NCBI GenBank assembly: GCA_031379155.1
Contig: JANNEX010000307.1
Location: 1-39,415, forward strand
Length of the DNA: 39,415 bases
From: Rubrivivax sp.
Lineage (GTDB): Bacteria > Pseudomonadota > Gammaproteobacteria > Burkholderiales > Burkholderiaceae_C
Direction of reading: 5' to 3'
Numbering within the stretch: position 1 is the first letter of the stretch; each line of letters opens with the position of its first letter. A program made the position numbers and the translations under genes. Of the stretch, positions 18,140-27,213 are shown one piece after another. Below the pieces are notes generated by a model, which searched no databases, was not told the origin of the DNA, and saw nothing but the letters and a program-made list of their open reading frames with translations.

Positions 18140-20068
18140 TCACCTTGCCTGCCGAAGCCAGGATTGGAACATCAACACATTCCAAAGATGGTTGCTGTAA
18201 TCAAAGCGGCCGGACACATGGCTTTGCCACATCTGCCAAACTTTCTTGGCGTCAATCAAGCCCTCGCGGGCAATGGCTTGCGGCTGCAACAGTTCCTCAG
18301 CCCAGCCACGCAGGGGCCCACGCAGCCAGCTGGCCAACGGCACCGAGAAACCGGTTTTTGGCCTCTCGATCAGCGCGCGCGGAACATGGCGGTAGAGCAC
18401 TTGGCGCAATGCCCACTTCGTGGTGCCCTTTCTGACCAGCGCATGTTCCGGTAATGCAAAGGCCAATTCCACGACCCGGTGGTCCAGGAGGGGCGTGCGC
18501 ACTTCAAGGCTGGCACTCATGGCTGCACGGTCCACCTTGACCAGAAGATCGTCAGGAAGATAGTGGCTTGTATCCCATAGGCGCATGGCTTGCAGCGGTG
18601 CAAGATCCGCTCGCCAGGGGCCGTGGTCGAACCCGCCATCGGCACCCAGAACAAGACCGTCCTCGGGTTGCCACTGCGACATCAGGCGAACATACATGTC
18701 ACCCAAGGTGGCGGCATCCACCAAGTGCGCCATGCGCAGCATGCGTCGGCCATTGAACAGGTCGCGACGTGAAATGGGCAGCCTTGTCAAAAGGCGGTCC
18801 CATGCCTGCGCCGAGCCGCTTTTCAGTGCCGCAGCAAGCCATCGCCGCAGGGGCAGTGGCACATACCGCGTGCGCCGCCACAGGTCAGCCGTCAGTCCGT
18901 AGCGCGGATAGCCGGCAAACAGCTCATCGCCGCCGTCGCCGGAAAGGGCCACTGTCACATGCCGTCGCGTCAGGCGAGACACCAGCGTCGTCGGAATTTG
19001 CGATGAATCGGCAAACGGCTCGTCGTAAATCTGTGGCAAGCCCGGTATCAACTCTTGCGCATCATGGGCAGTGACATAGAGTTCGGTGTGTTCGGTGCGC
19101 AAATGACGAGCCACCTCAAGCGCGAATGGGGCTTCGTTGAAGCCGGGTTGATCAAAGCCGATGGTGAAAGTGCGTGTGCGCCGCTCGCTTTGCAACTGCA
19201 TCAGCGCCACCACTGCACTGGAGTCAACCCCGCCCGAGAGAAAGGCGCCCAGTGGCACATCGGCGCTCATCTGCAACCGCACGGCCTCGGTTAAGCGCTG
19301 CTCGACCCGGTCTATCAAGGTCTGGTCAGTTGCGTTGGCCAGTTCTGCTCTGAGTTGCCCAATGGCGGGATGGTCGAGGCTCCAAAAAGGCTGCGGCGCA
19401 GCAGCGGCATCGCTGATTTGGCGCAATTGCAGCCAGTGGCCCGCCGGCAGCTTGTGCAGATCACGGTAGATTGTTCGCGGCGCCGGAACATAGCCGTAAC
19501 GCATGAAATCGCTTAGCGCTGCACGCTCGATATGAAGGTGTGCACCCGCCACGGCCTGCAATGCCTTCAGCTCAGAACCAAACAGCACCCGCCCACCAAG
19601 CTCGCCGTAGTAAAGGGGCTTTTCTCCCATGCGGTCACGTGCCAGGGTGAGCGTTTGCGTCTCACGGTCCCACAGCGAGAGCGCAAACATGCCTACCGCG
19701 CGCCTGAGCGTGACGTCGATTCCCCAGACTTCCAGGCAGGCCAGCAGCACCTCGGTATCGCTGTGGCCGCGCCATGCCGGAGCAAGACCCGTGTGGTCCA
19801 GCTCGGTGCGAAGCTCGGCGTGATTGTAAATTTCGCCGTTGTAGGACAGCACGTAGCGGCCGCTGGCTGACAGCATGGGCTGGTGGCCCTGGGGCGAGAG
19901 GTCAACGATGGACAGGCGGCGTTGACCCAGCCCGACGCCCATCGTTTCATCGCACCATATGCCTTCGTCATCGGGCCCGCGGTGAACCAGCCGCGCAATC
20001 ATCGTTGCGACCTGAGGGGCCAGCGTGGGAGCGTGGCGCCACGTGGCGATGCCTGCAATGCCACACAT
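18140..20068 (-). CDS. asnB: Asparagine synthase (glutamine-hydrolysing)-family amidotransferase of a polysaccharide locus
   Basis: Ntn N-terminus MCGIAG, then HRGPDDEG, NGEIYN, RDRMGEKPLYY, AFLSGGVDSS, LSGDGGDELFAGY and KVDRAAMSASLEVR. Confidence 0.93.
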   Translation of the reverse strand: MCGIAGIATWRHAPTLAPQVATMIARLVHRGPDDEGIWCDETMGVGLGQRRLSIVDLSPQGHQPMLSASGRYVLSYNGEIYNHAELRTELDHTGLAPAWRGHSDTEVLLACLEVWGIDVTLRRAVGMFALSLWDRETQTLTLARDRMGEKPLYYGELGGRVLFGSELKALQAVAGAHLHIERAALSDFMRYGYVPAPRTIYRDLHKLPAGHWLQLRQISDAAAAPQPFWSLDHPAIGQLRAELANATDQTLIDRVEQRLTEAVRLQMSADVPLGAFLSGGVDSSAVVALMQLQSERRTRTFTIGFDQPGFNEAPFALEVARHLRTEHTELYVTAHDAQELIPGLPQIYDEPFADSSQIPTTLVSRLTRRHVTVALSGDGGDELFAGYPRYGLTADLWRRTRYVPLPLRRWLAAALKSGSAQAWDRLLTRLPISRRDLFNGRRMLRMAHLVDAATLGDMYVRLMSQWQPEDGLVLGADGGFDHGPWRADLAPLQAMRLWDTSHYLPDDLLVKVDRAAMSASLEVRTPLLDHRVVELAFALPEHALVRKGTTKWALRQVLYRHVPRALIERPKTGFSVPLASWLRGPLRGWAEELLQPQAIAREGLIDAKKVWQMWQSHVSGRFDYSNHLWNVLMFQSWLRQAR

Positions 20069-20233
20069 GTCTAGGCAGGCCCGCGCAGCGCGTAGGCAAG
20101 GCCGCTCAGCATGGCCGCCCCGCGCGACGCGATGCAGCGGTAGCAGCGCTGAGCGTCTGTTGCAGGTCGCCGGGTGCTGAACAGGCGCCGGTTCCGACGG
20201 TGCCAGCGACTGCTTTGCCTGACACGAGAGTCA

Positions 20234-21598
20234 TCACGTCCTCGGCCAAGCATCGAAGACCGCCCGTTCAGCCTGGCTGCGTCTACGCGTATCCGAAACC
20301 TGGGCAGACAAGTGCAGCCCGCTGCCCTTTGCCGTCTTGTGTGGCCACAGTCCTTGCAGCAGCCAAACAAAGAGAATGAAGGCCAGATTCACGACGATGT
20401 AGCCATTGATGATTGAAAAGCGAAAGTAGAAAACCCCCCAGTAGGGAACCAGGAAGAGAAACAGAGCCAGCAGCAGCCGCGCCAAAGTGGATGGACCACC
20501 GCCTTGCCGCCCGCGTGAGACGCGATGGCACAGCAGCGCAAAGAGAGCCAAGAGGATCAGTGCGCCGACAAAGCCAAAGTCGCCGATGAAATCCGAGACA
20601 TACGTGCCGAACAACCAAGGCTCCTTGCCCTGGGTCAGGTACTGTTCAAAAACCAATTCCTTGATGACGTCCCAGTTCTCGCAGTCCAGGCCCACAGCCG
20701 AGCAGGCCGCGCCCACGAACATCGGGAAATTCGCCACGCCCAGAGTCATTGGCCGGTCAATCGATGCGTAGTCGCTGAAGGTATTGATCTGTTGGCCAAA
20801 GTATTCCAGGATACTCCAACCCGTACCGAGATCCGAGTCTGCAAAGCGCGCCACGGTGATGGCTATGAAGGGCAGCAACATGACGGCGCCGCTCAGCGCA
20901 CCGAAGGCCACAATTCGAGCGCGCAATGGCGCAGGGAGGTGGCGGCGAAAGACAATGAACACGGCAGCGGCCGTCATCATCCAGTACACCACACCGTCGC
21001 GTCCCACGTAGGCGAGGATGTAAACGACATAGGACAGACTGGCCAGAACAAGCAGTGCCGCGCGAACGCAAACGCGCCCGCCGGAACCAGGATGCGCCAT
21101 GCGCATGAAAGCCATGACCAGGGAAGCACCGAACAACTGGCTCGCGGCGCCGGCCAATGTATTGAAGATGCCAAACGAGCCCAGCAATTCCATCTTGCTG
21201 GCCAAGTTCAGGCGGTTTTCATTGGCGTCGCCAGTCAAAGAGGTAAGCGCGAATGGCAAAAAGAAGGCAATGGCGTACAGCTGCGTGCCGATCAGAATGC
21301 CTTCAATCAAGCCCTGGCCTCGGGTCGAAGTGACAACCGCCATCAGCGTGCCGGTGCGAAAACTCAAAAACCCGCTGATGCCGATGAGGACACAGAGGGT
21401 CAAGAAAAGGGCCGCAGCATAGTTCGGTGGGAAGGCCGGTCGCAAGACATCCGTGACGCCAATCACGGTGGCGCTAAGGCCCAGGGCAAAGTAGACCAGC
21501 CAAAGGAGCTTGGCCAATTCCCTGCTGTGGCCAGCTGGCGCCCGCAATGCGGCTGCGTAGTAAAGCAGCAGGCCCAGACTGAAGATCGCGCCCATCAC
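20234..21598 (-). CDS. wzy: Polytopic membrane protein, probable Wzy (O-antigen/oligosaccharide repeat) polymerase
   Basis: About 10-12 hydrophobic segments, a GRDG motif and a periplasmic loop ending FGTYVSDFIGDFGFVG. It lies downstream of wzx and the GT2. Confidence 0.7.
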   Translation of the reverse strand: MMGAIFSLGLLLYYAAALRAPAGHSRELAKLLWLVYFALGLSATVIGVTDVLRPAFPPNYAAALFLTLCVLIGISGFLSFRTGTLMAVVTSTRGQGLIEGILIGTQLYAIAFFLPFALTSLTGDANENRLNLASKMELLGSFGIFNTLAGAASQLFGASLVMAFMRMAHPGSGGRVCVRAALLVLASLSYVVYILAYVGRDGVVYWMMTAAAVFIVFRRHLPAPLRARIVAFGALSGAVMLLPFIAITVARFADSDLGTGWSILEYFGQQINTFSDYASIDRPMTLGVANFPMFVGAACSAVGLDCENWDVIKELVFEQYLTQGKEPWLFGTYVSDFIGDFGFVGALILLALFALLCHRVSRGRQGGGPSTLARLLLALFLFLVPYWGVFYFRFSIINGYIVVNLAFILFVWLLQGLWPHKTAKGSGLHLSAQVSDTRRRSQAERAVFDAWPRT

Positions 21599-22545
21599 GG
21601 CAAGTCGCCTGCCAATTGCTGCTGACGTTGTTGGCGCCAGCGCACTTGGGTCTGGCGCATGCGCCGCAGATTTGAAGCCAGTTCAAATAGGTTCAGAGGC
21701 GACCTTGCCCGCCAGGCCAAACCCAGCAGGGCCAGGGCCGTGGGTTGCAGGTTCTTGGCATCGACAATAGCGCTGCTCAGCGCCCAGACCATGAAGTCAT
21801 GGGCGTGCTGAGGAAAACGGCTCAGGTATTCGTCGGCGTGTTCGATTGCAAGGCGTCTGACGTTTTGCCTTGAAGCTGCCGTCAACGAGCCTGACGACGC
21901 AATGCGGTAGCGTCCGAGGACCGCATCAACAATATGCCCGTGACCCGTGCAGAGCAGGTCCCAGGTCAGGTGCACGTCGAGCAGCTGGCGCGAGCTAGCG
22001 ACAGCAGACCGCGCCGAGCGCCGATACATCAAAGCGCTGTAGGGTGCGATGAATCCCAGTTGAATGGCATCGCTGAACGTGACCAGGCCGGCTTTGAACG
22101 ACGACAGGTCCGCTGTGTTGCCGGAGCAAAAGCCACCGCTGTCGTCAAAGTAGTCCACCCGGTGCCAAACGGCGTTGCACTGGGGGTCACGGTCGAGCAA
22201 GTCGGCTTGCAGCTGCAACCGGCCGGGCAGTGCGTAGTCGTCGCCATCAAGATGCGCCACGTACTGGCCTGCGGCTGCGTCATGCACTTCGATGTTGTTG
22301 CGCGAGCCGCCGGAATTTCGCGGCTGAAACTTGCCACGCACGATTTGTGGATGGCGGGCCATGAACTCCTGAACCACGGCACGCGTGCCGTCGGTAGAGC
22401 AGTCGTCGCCGACGATGATCTCGAAGTCGAAGTTGGTCTTTTGGTCGACCAGGCTCTGCAAGCACTGGGCAATGTAGCGCCGCTGGTTGTAGGTGATGAC
22501 GCACACAGTCACCTTGGGCCCGTGTGTGTGGGCGGACGACGTCAT
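21595..22545 (-). CDS. Glycosyltransferase family 2
   Basis: Motifs VTVCVITYNQ, IIVGDDCSTDGT and HLDGDDY. ATG 22545 overlaps the wzx stop. Confidence 0.92.
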   Translation of the reverse strand: MTSSAHTHGPKVTVCVITYNQRRYIAQCLQSLVDQKTNFDFEIIVGDDCSTDGTRAVVQEFMARHPQIVRGKFQPRNSGGSRNNIEVHDAAAGQYVAHLDGDDYALPGRLQLQADLLDRDPQCNAVWHRVDYFDDSGGFCSGNTADLSSFKAGLVTFSDAIQLGFIAPYSALMYRRSARSAVASSRQLLDVHLTWDLLCTGHGHIVDAVLGRYRIASSGSLTAASRQNVRRLAIEHADEYLSRFPQHAHDFMVWALSSAIVDAKNLQPTALALLGLAWRARSPLNLFELASNLRRMRQTQVRWRQQRQQQLAGDLP

Positions 22546-24053
22546 GGCCACGTCTCCCGGGTTCTCCGCCGGCTCGCCAACCAGGCCCTGAAGTCGGACG
22601 AGCTTGCCGCAGCCACCAGCAACAAGGCGCCATACAAGGCCGCCAAGCTAGCCGCAGCGGGCAAAGCGGATGCCGGCCAGACCACAAGCGCCATCGCCGC
22701 CAAAGCCAGCAAGCTGGCAGGCACTGCGATGAGCAGGATGTCTTCAGTCAACCAGCGCACATGCCAGCCCTTGAGGTGGCGCCGGTGAATGACCGGCAAC
22801 CAAAAGAGGAAGGGCAACAGGTTGGCCGTGATCCAGACGTAGCCCGCGCCCACCATGCCAAAGTGAAGCACGGCGGGAATGAGCAAAGGGATGAAAAGCA
22901 CCACGAACAGCGCGTTGCCAATCAGGTGCAAGCGCATTTCGCCGCGAGCCAGTTGCAGGTAGTACGGAAAGGCGGCCAGCGCCAACACACCGTTGCCCAC
23001 CGCGTACAGCGCCAACACAGGTGCTGCCTTGTGGGCCAGTTCGTGGTCCCCCGTCCAGGCCCAGAGCAGGGGCTCGGCAAAACACGACAGCATGAGGACG
23101 ATGGGCACGGCAATGACCGCCACCAATTGTGTCGAGCGGCGGTACAAACGCACCAGGTCGGTCTCGTCACCTTGTGCATTGAGCCGCGTCAAGCGCGGCA
23201 CGATGGCACCCCCCACCGGGGCGCTGAGCAGGGTAATGCCACTGGCCAGCAGCACCGCCAGGGTGAAGCAGGCGTAGTCAGACAGCGGGATCAATCCCGA
23301 CAGCAGCAGCTTGTCCGTCTGCGTCACCACGATCCAGATGGCGCCCGTGAATGCGATGGTGAGGGCGAACTTGAGCACGCCCTTGAGGGGTTGCCATTGC
23401 CAGCGCACCCAGGCCTTGCTGTCCAACGCTGGCAACAGGCGGTAGGTCTTGAGCGTCAGCATCACCAACTCAAGCAGCGCCACCAACAACTGATGGACGA
23501 AGAAGGTGGTGGGCGTAGGCCCAAAAATCAGCAGCACGGGCACCACCACAGCAAAACGAAGCGTGGCCACGCCGGCGTTAAAGCCACTCAGCCAGACGAT
23601 GTGCTCGAAGCCGTTGATGGCACCGCGGTACAAGCCACCGACCCAGCGCAAGGCCACGATGACACCCATCAGCGACACCGCCAGGCTGACCTCGTCCAGC
23701 GACAGCAGCTGCACCTTGAGCCAACGCGAGGCAATGTCCGGCGCAGCCGCCGCGATGAGTGCCGCACCCAGCAGGCCAGTGACCAGAAAGATGCCTTCCA
23801 GCGACCGCAGCAGCTGGCGCAAGCCAAGTGCACCGACCGCGCCCCCGTTGAAACGGGCCGTTTCGCGGCCCATCGTCGGCGTTAGGCCCATGTCCAGCAA
23901 GGCAAACCAGGCCTGCAACATGGCATAAAAGCCGACGAGACCATAGGCTTCGGCACCCATCAACTTCACGTACAGCGGCACCAGCACGATGGCAATCAGG
24001 GATGCATAAAGCTGACCGCCATAGTTGGCCAGGATGTTTCGCTTGAGCGACAT
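22542..24053 (-). CDS. wzx: Wzx-family oligosaccharide flippase
   Basis: MSLKRNILANYGGQ...LVPLYVKLMGAEAYGLVGF, LLDMGL and QTDKLLLS, with about 12-14 transmembrane segments. TGATG overlap with the upstream gene. Confidence 0.9.
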   Translation of the reverse strand: MSLKRNILANYGGQLYASLIAIVLVPLYVKLMGAEAYGLVGFYAMLQAWFALLDMGLTPTMGRETARFNGGAVGALGLRQLLRSLEGIFLVTGLLGAALIAAAAPDIASRWLKVQLLSLDEVSLAVSLMGVIVALRWVGGLYRGAINGFEHIVWLSGFNAGVATLRFAVVVPVLLIFGPTPTTFFVHQLLVALLELVMLTLKTYRLLPALDSKAWVRWQWQPLKGVLKFALTIAFTGAIWIVVTQTDKLLLSGLIPLSDYACFTLAVLLASGITLLSAPVGGAIVPRLTRLNAQGDETDLVRLYRRSTQLVAVIAVPIVLMLSCFAEPLLWAWTGDHELAHKAAPVLALYAVGNGVLALAAFPYYLQLARGEMRLHLIGNALFVVLFIPLLIPAVLHFGMVGAGYVWITANLLPFLFWLPVIHRRHLKGWHVRWLTEDILLIAVPASLLALAAMALVVWPASALPAAASLAALYGALLLVAAASSSDFRAWLASRRRTRETWP

Positions 24054-24817
24054 CACCGAGCGGATGTGGCCGCCGGCCGACCCCGTTCGCACAACAGGAA
24101 GATGCTGGAACAAAGATCAGGGTAGTGCTGGCCCAGTTGGTAGCAGCCCTCAAGATAGGCCTCGGAAATGATGTCGGTTTGCAGCAGGCGGTCCCACTGG
24201 AAGTTGGCCAGGGCCTTGAAGAAAATGCCCGAGCGGTGCACGACTTTCAGGCCAGCGGCCACGGCATCACGCTCGAGTGTGTCCAGCGCGTAGGTGCAGC
24301 GGTGGCCATGTTCGGCTTCAGCGGGCGTGACTGCCGCGTTGTGGGTGATCAGGCCCATCTTGACCGCAATCTGGCGCGACGCGGCGTGCGCATTGGGGCA
24401 GACCAGGAAGAAGCGCCCGCCGTCGGCCAGCCACTCGTCGTTGATGCGCTTGAGCACGGCCACCGGGTCGTCCAGATGCTCGAGCACGTGGGTCAGCACG
24501 ATGTTGTTGTAGCGAACCGGCAGCGCCACAGTCTCGAAACGGTCGTGCACAAAGTTGACTTTGTTGCCCACCTTTTGCTGGGCCTGGGCCAAGGCGTCGC
24601 CCGAGGCCTCGACGCAAGTGATGTCGTCGAATCTGTCTAAAAAACGCCGCGTGAAGTCGCCCTTGAAACTGCCCAGTTCAAGCAAGCTGCCATTGACGAA
24701 AAAGGGCTCGAATGAGCGAATCATGAAGGGGTGCATGACATCGAAATCGAAGCCATAGGCGTAGCGGTGATTGGCGGTGTCCTTGATTTCGGCGTTGTAT
24801 TGGCGCGGTGCATTCAT
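24053..24817 (-). CDS. Class I SAM-dependent methyltransferase
   Basis: Motifs LLELGSFKG, ITCVEAS, VLTHVLEHLDDP and GGRFFLVCPNA. SD AAGGAAG. Confidence 0.88.
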   Translation of the reverse strand: MNAPRQYNAEIKDTANHRYAYGFDFDVMHPFMIRSFEPFFVNGSLLELGSFKGDFTRRFLDRFDDITCVEASGDALAQAQQKVGNKVNFVHDRFETVALPVRYNNIVLTHVLEHLDDPVAVLKRINDEWLADGGRFFLVCPNAHAASRQIAVKMGLITHNAAVTPAEAEHGHRCTYALDTLERDAVAAGLKVVHRSGIFFKALANFQWDRLLQTDIISEAYLEGCYQLGQHYPDLCSSIFLLCERGRPAATSAR

Positions 24818-24829
24818 TTCATCTTCCTT

Positions 24830-25291
24830 TCAAAGTCCCAGGCGCAGCCGCAGGGTGTGGCCAGTTTGGGCGGGCACGAAGCCATGCTTTTCGTACAGAC
24901 GAGCGGCCGCGCGGTTGCTCGGGTCCACTTCCAGTTCCAGCGCCGCCAGGCGCAGTAACTTGGCCTGCTCAATGCAATGCGTCAGCAACTGCGCTGCAAT
25001 GCCCCGACCTTGCTGGTGCGGCAGCACACTCACGCTGGTGATGAAGGCAGCGGGCTGTTGCAGGCGGTTCGTGTCGTCAGATGCATTGAAGTAGGCGGCC
25101 ACCAAACCCACCAGTTCACCATCTGCCCAGGCTTCGAAGCGTTGCGCGAGGGCAGTGATTTTCAATGCGTAGTCGTCAATGCGCACACGCGATGTCAGGG
25201 GCGGCACGAAGAGTTTGTCGCAGGCCCGCAGGTGCGCAGCGACCGTGGCCGTGCTCGCCTGGTTGGTTTGCCATTGCAAGCCGGGCATCAT
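24830..25291 (-). CDS. GNAT-family N-acetyltransferase
   Basis: Acetyl-CoA motif A VSVLPHQQGRGIA and motif B LEVDPSNRAAARLYEKHGF. Confidence 0.88.
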   Translation of the reverse strand: MMPGLQWQTNQASTATVAAHLRACDKLFVPPLTSRVRIDDYALKITALAQRFEAWADGELVGLVAAYFNASDDTNRLQQPAAFITSVSVLPHQQGRGIAAQLLTHCIEQAKLLRLAALELEVDPSNRAAARLYEKHGFVPAQTGHTLRLRLGL

Positions 25292-26244
25292 CGTTCCAGC
25301 ACCGCCAGTCCGAAACCCAGGCGGCCGAATTGGTTGCCGTTGTAGAGCACGTAGACCTTGCCATCACATTCAAACACGTTGGGATAACACTGCATGTCGC
25401 TGTCCCACTCGCCAGCGCTGCCTTGCAGGTGCGGCAACTCGTCGTCGCGTGTCCACTGGGCAGCGTCGTCAGACCAGGCGTGGCCAATGCGGTAGCCGCG
25501 GTCTTTGTTCTGGCGAAAGTCAGAAGAATGCCGGTAGCAAAAGAACATGTGCAAGCGGCCGTCAATGTCAATCACGCTGGGCAACGCCTGACTTTCCAGT
25601 GGGCCCAGGCGGTCGGCAATGATCTGCCGCGCCTCTTCCTTGCGCCACACCACACCGTCAGCAGAAGTGGCGTGCCCAATCTTGTAGGTGCGGTCAGGTG
25701 CTGCGTCCGCTGCATAGCGCTTCCAGCCGGTGCCAAAGATGTACCACATGTCAAAGTGGCCCTTGTGGTGGCGCACGAATGCGTCACCCACCAGGCAGGG
25801 TTCGTGCAGTGACGCCGCCAGCACTGGGCCGGCACCCTGGCGCTGGAAAGTCAGACCCTGGTCGTGGCTGATGGCCAGACCCACCGCCGTGTCCACGGAC
25901 ACCGAGACGCGGCGGTTCCAGCCACAGGTGTAGCCATAGACAGCGTTGCCTACGCGCACCACGTTGAGCGGGAAAATGCCGTGCTCGTCAAAACAGCCCA
26001 AATCGCCCAAGGGGATGACGGTGTCCGTGGACACGCGGATGATGTCGCGCAGGTTCTTGCGCATGTCGACAAACGCAACGTGGCTCAGGTACTTGCCGCT
26101 GCCGTCGACCGCGCGGGTTGAAAAATAGATGCGCACAAAGTCGTCGAACACCAGCGCCTGCGGTGACTGCGCAAACTGCACACAAGCATTGGCCAAGGCA
26201 TGTTCTGTCGGGTCGAAAATCTTGCCCAGTTTTTTCCACCGCAT
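25288..26244 (-). CDS. Five-bladed beta-propeller protein, glycoside-hydrolase-like fold (paralog B)
   Basis: Asp-box-like repeats SHDQGLTF, SADGVVW and SDDAAQW, plus FDEHG and WDSDMQCYP. It is colinear with the neighbouring paralog. Confidence 0.75.
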   Translation of the reverse strand: MRWKKLGKIFDPTEHALANACVQFAQSPQALVFDDFVRIYFSTRAVDGSGKYLSHVAFVDMRKNLRDIIRVSTDTVIPLGDLGCFDEHGIFPLNVVRVGNAVYGYTCGWNRRVSVSVDTAVGLAISHDQGLTFQRQGAGPVLAASLHEPCLVGDAFVRHHKGHFDMWYIFGTGWKRYAADAAPDRTYKIGHATSADGVVWRKEEARQIIADRLGPLESQALPSVIDIDGRLHMFFCYRHSSDFRQNKDRGYRIGHAWSDDAAQWTRDDELPHLQGSAGEWDSDMQCYPNVFECDGKVYVLYNGNQFGRLGFGLAVLER

Positions 26245-26247
26245 GGC

Positions 26248-27210
26248 CTACTCCAGGTGCCCTTCAAGCTCGGCCAGGCCAAACCCATGGCGGCCTACTT
26301 GGTCACCCAAATAGGCCATATAGGTCTTGCCATCCAGCGCAAACACATGGGGGTAGCTGATCATTTCGGCGTCCCAGCCGTGTTCGGACACGTCGATGCC
26401 AGCCTTGCTGTCGTCGCGTGTCCAGTTGCTCAAGTCGACGCTTGAGGCGTAGCCGATGCGGTAACCAAACTGTCTGCTGCGAAAGCCGCTGCTGTAGCGG
26501 TAGCAGAAGAACATGTGGTACTTGCCATTGGAAAAAAACACGTCGGGGCTGGCCTGTGCTTCATCTTCTTCGACGCGGCTGGGAATCAGGTCCTTGCCGT
26601 GTTTGTGCCAGGCCACACCGTCAGCCGAGGTGGCCATGCGAATCTTGTAGATGGGCTCGGGCTTGCCGTCCACGCGTTTCCACTGCCTGCCCGCGATGTA
26701 GAACAAGTGCCACAGGCCATTGAAGCGGCGCACCTTCGGGCCGCTGAGCACAAAGGGTTCGTCGGGCGAATAGGTCAGCACCGGGCCGTTGCCCAGCTTG
26801 CGAAAAGTTTTGCCGCCGTCTTGGCTGAGAGCACAGCCAATGGCCACGTTAAAAGGCACCGATTCGCAACGCGTCCAGCCGGCGTAGTAGGCACGGTGCT
26901 GGTCGCCGTCGGCGATGACCGATACCGGGTAGGTGCCAAATTCGTCAAACTCGCCCAGCCCACCCAGGCTCAGGATGGGTTGTTGCGCGACCTCTCGCAC
27001 CTGGAACAGGTTGGCGCGGTCCAGGTCAACGTAGGCCGAGTGGCTCACGTACTGGCCCTTGGCGTCGGGTGGGGGCCGGCAGGAGAAGTAGATGCGCACC
27101 ACGTCGTCCAGCACCAGCGAGGCGGGTGCTTGTGCGAACTCTTTCAGCCAAGGCCGCCCCGTCACCGTCTGGGGTGTGAAGACCTTGCCGAGTTTTTTCC
27201 AGTGAAACAT
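26248..27210 (-). CDS. Five-bladed beta-propeller protein, glycoside-hydrolase-like fold (paralog A)
   Basis: Asp-box-like repeats SQDGGKTF, SADGVAW and SVDLSNW, plus FDEFG and WDAEMISYP. Confidence 0.75.
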   Translation of the reverse strand: MFHWKKLGKVFTPQTVTGRPWLKEFAQAPASLVLDDVVRIYFSCRPPPDAKGQYVSHSAYVDLDRANLFQVREVAQQPILSLGGLGEFDEFGTYPVSVIADGDQHRAYYAGWTRCESVPFNVAIGCALSQDGGKTFRKLGNGPVLTYSPDEPFVLSGPKVRRFNGLWHLFYIAGRQWKRVDGKPEPIYKIRMATSADGVAWHKHGKDLIPSRVEEDEAQASPDVFFSNGKYHMFFCYRYSSGFRSRQFGYRIGYASSVDLSNWTRDDSKAGIDVSEHGWDAEMISYPHVFALDGKTYMAYLGDQVGRHGFGLAELEGHLE

Positions 27211-27213
27211 GGT

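Noticed and set aside
18140-20068. asnB as the housekeeping asparagine synthetase or a lasso-peptide cyclase
   Set aside because: It has an intact glutaminase domain and sits among GTs and wzy, which fits sugar (uronate) amidation. No precursor peptide or B protein is nearby.
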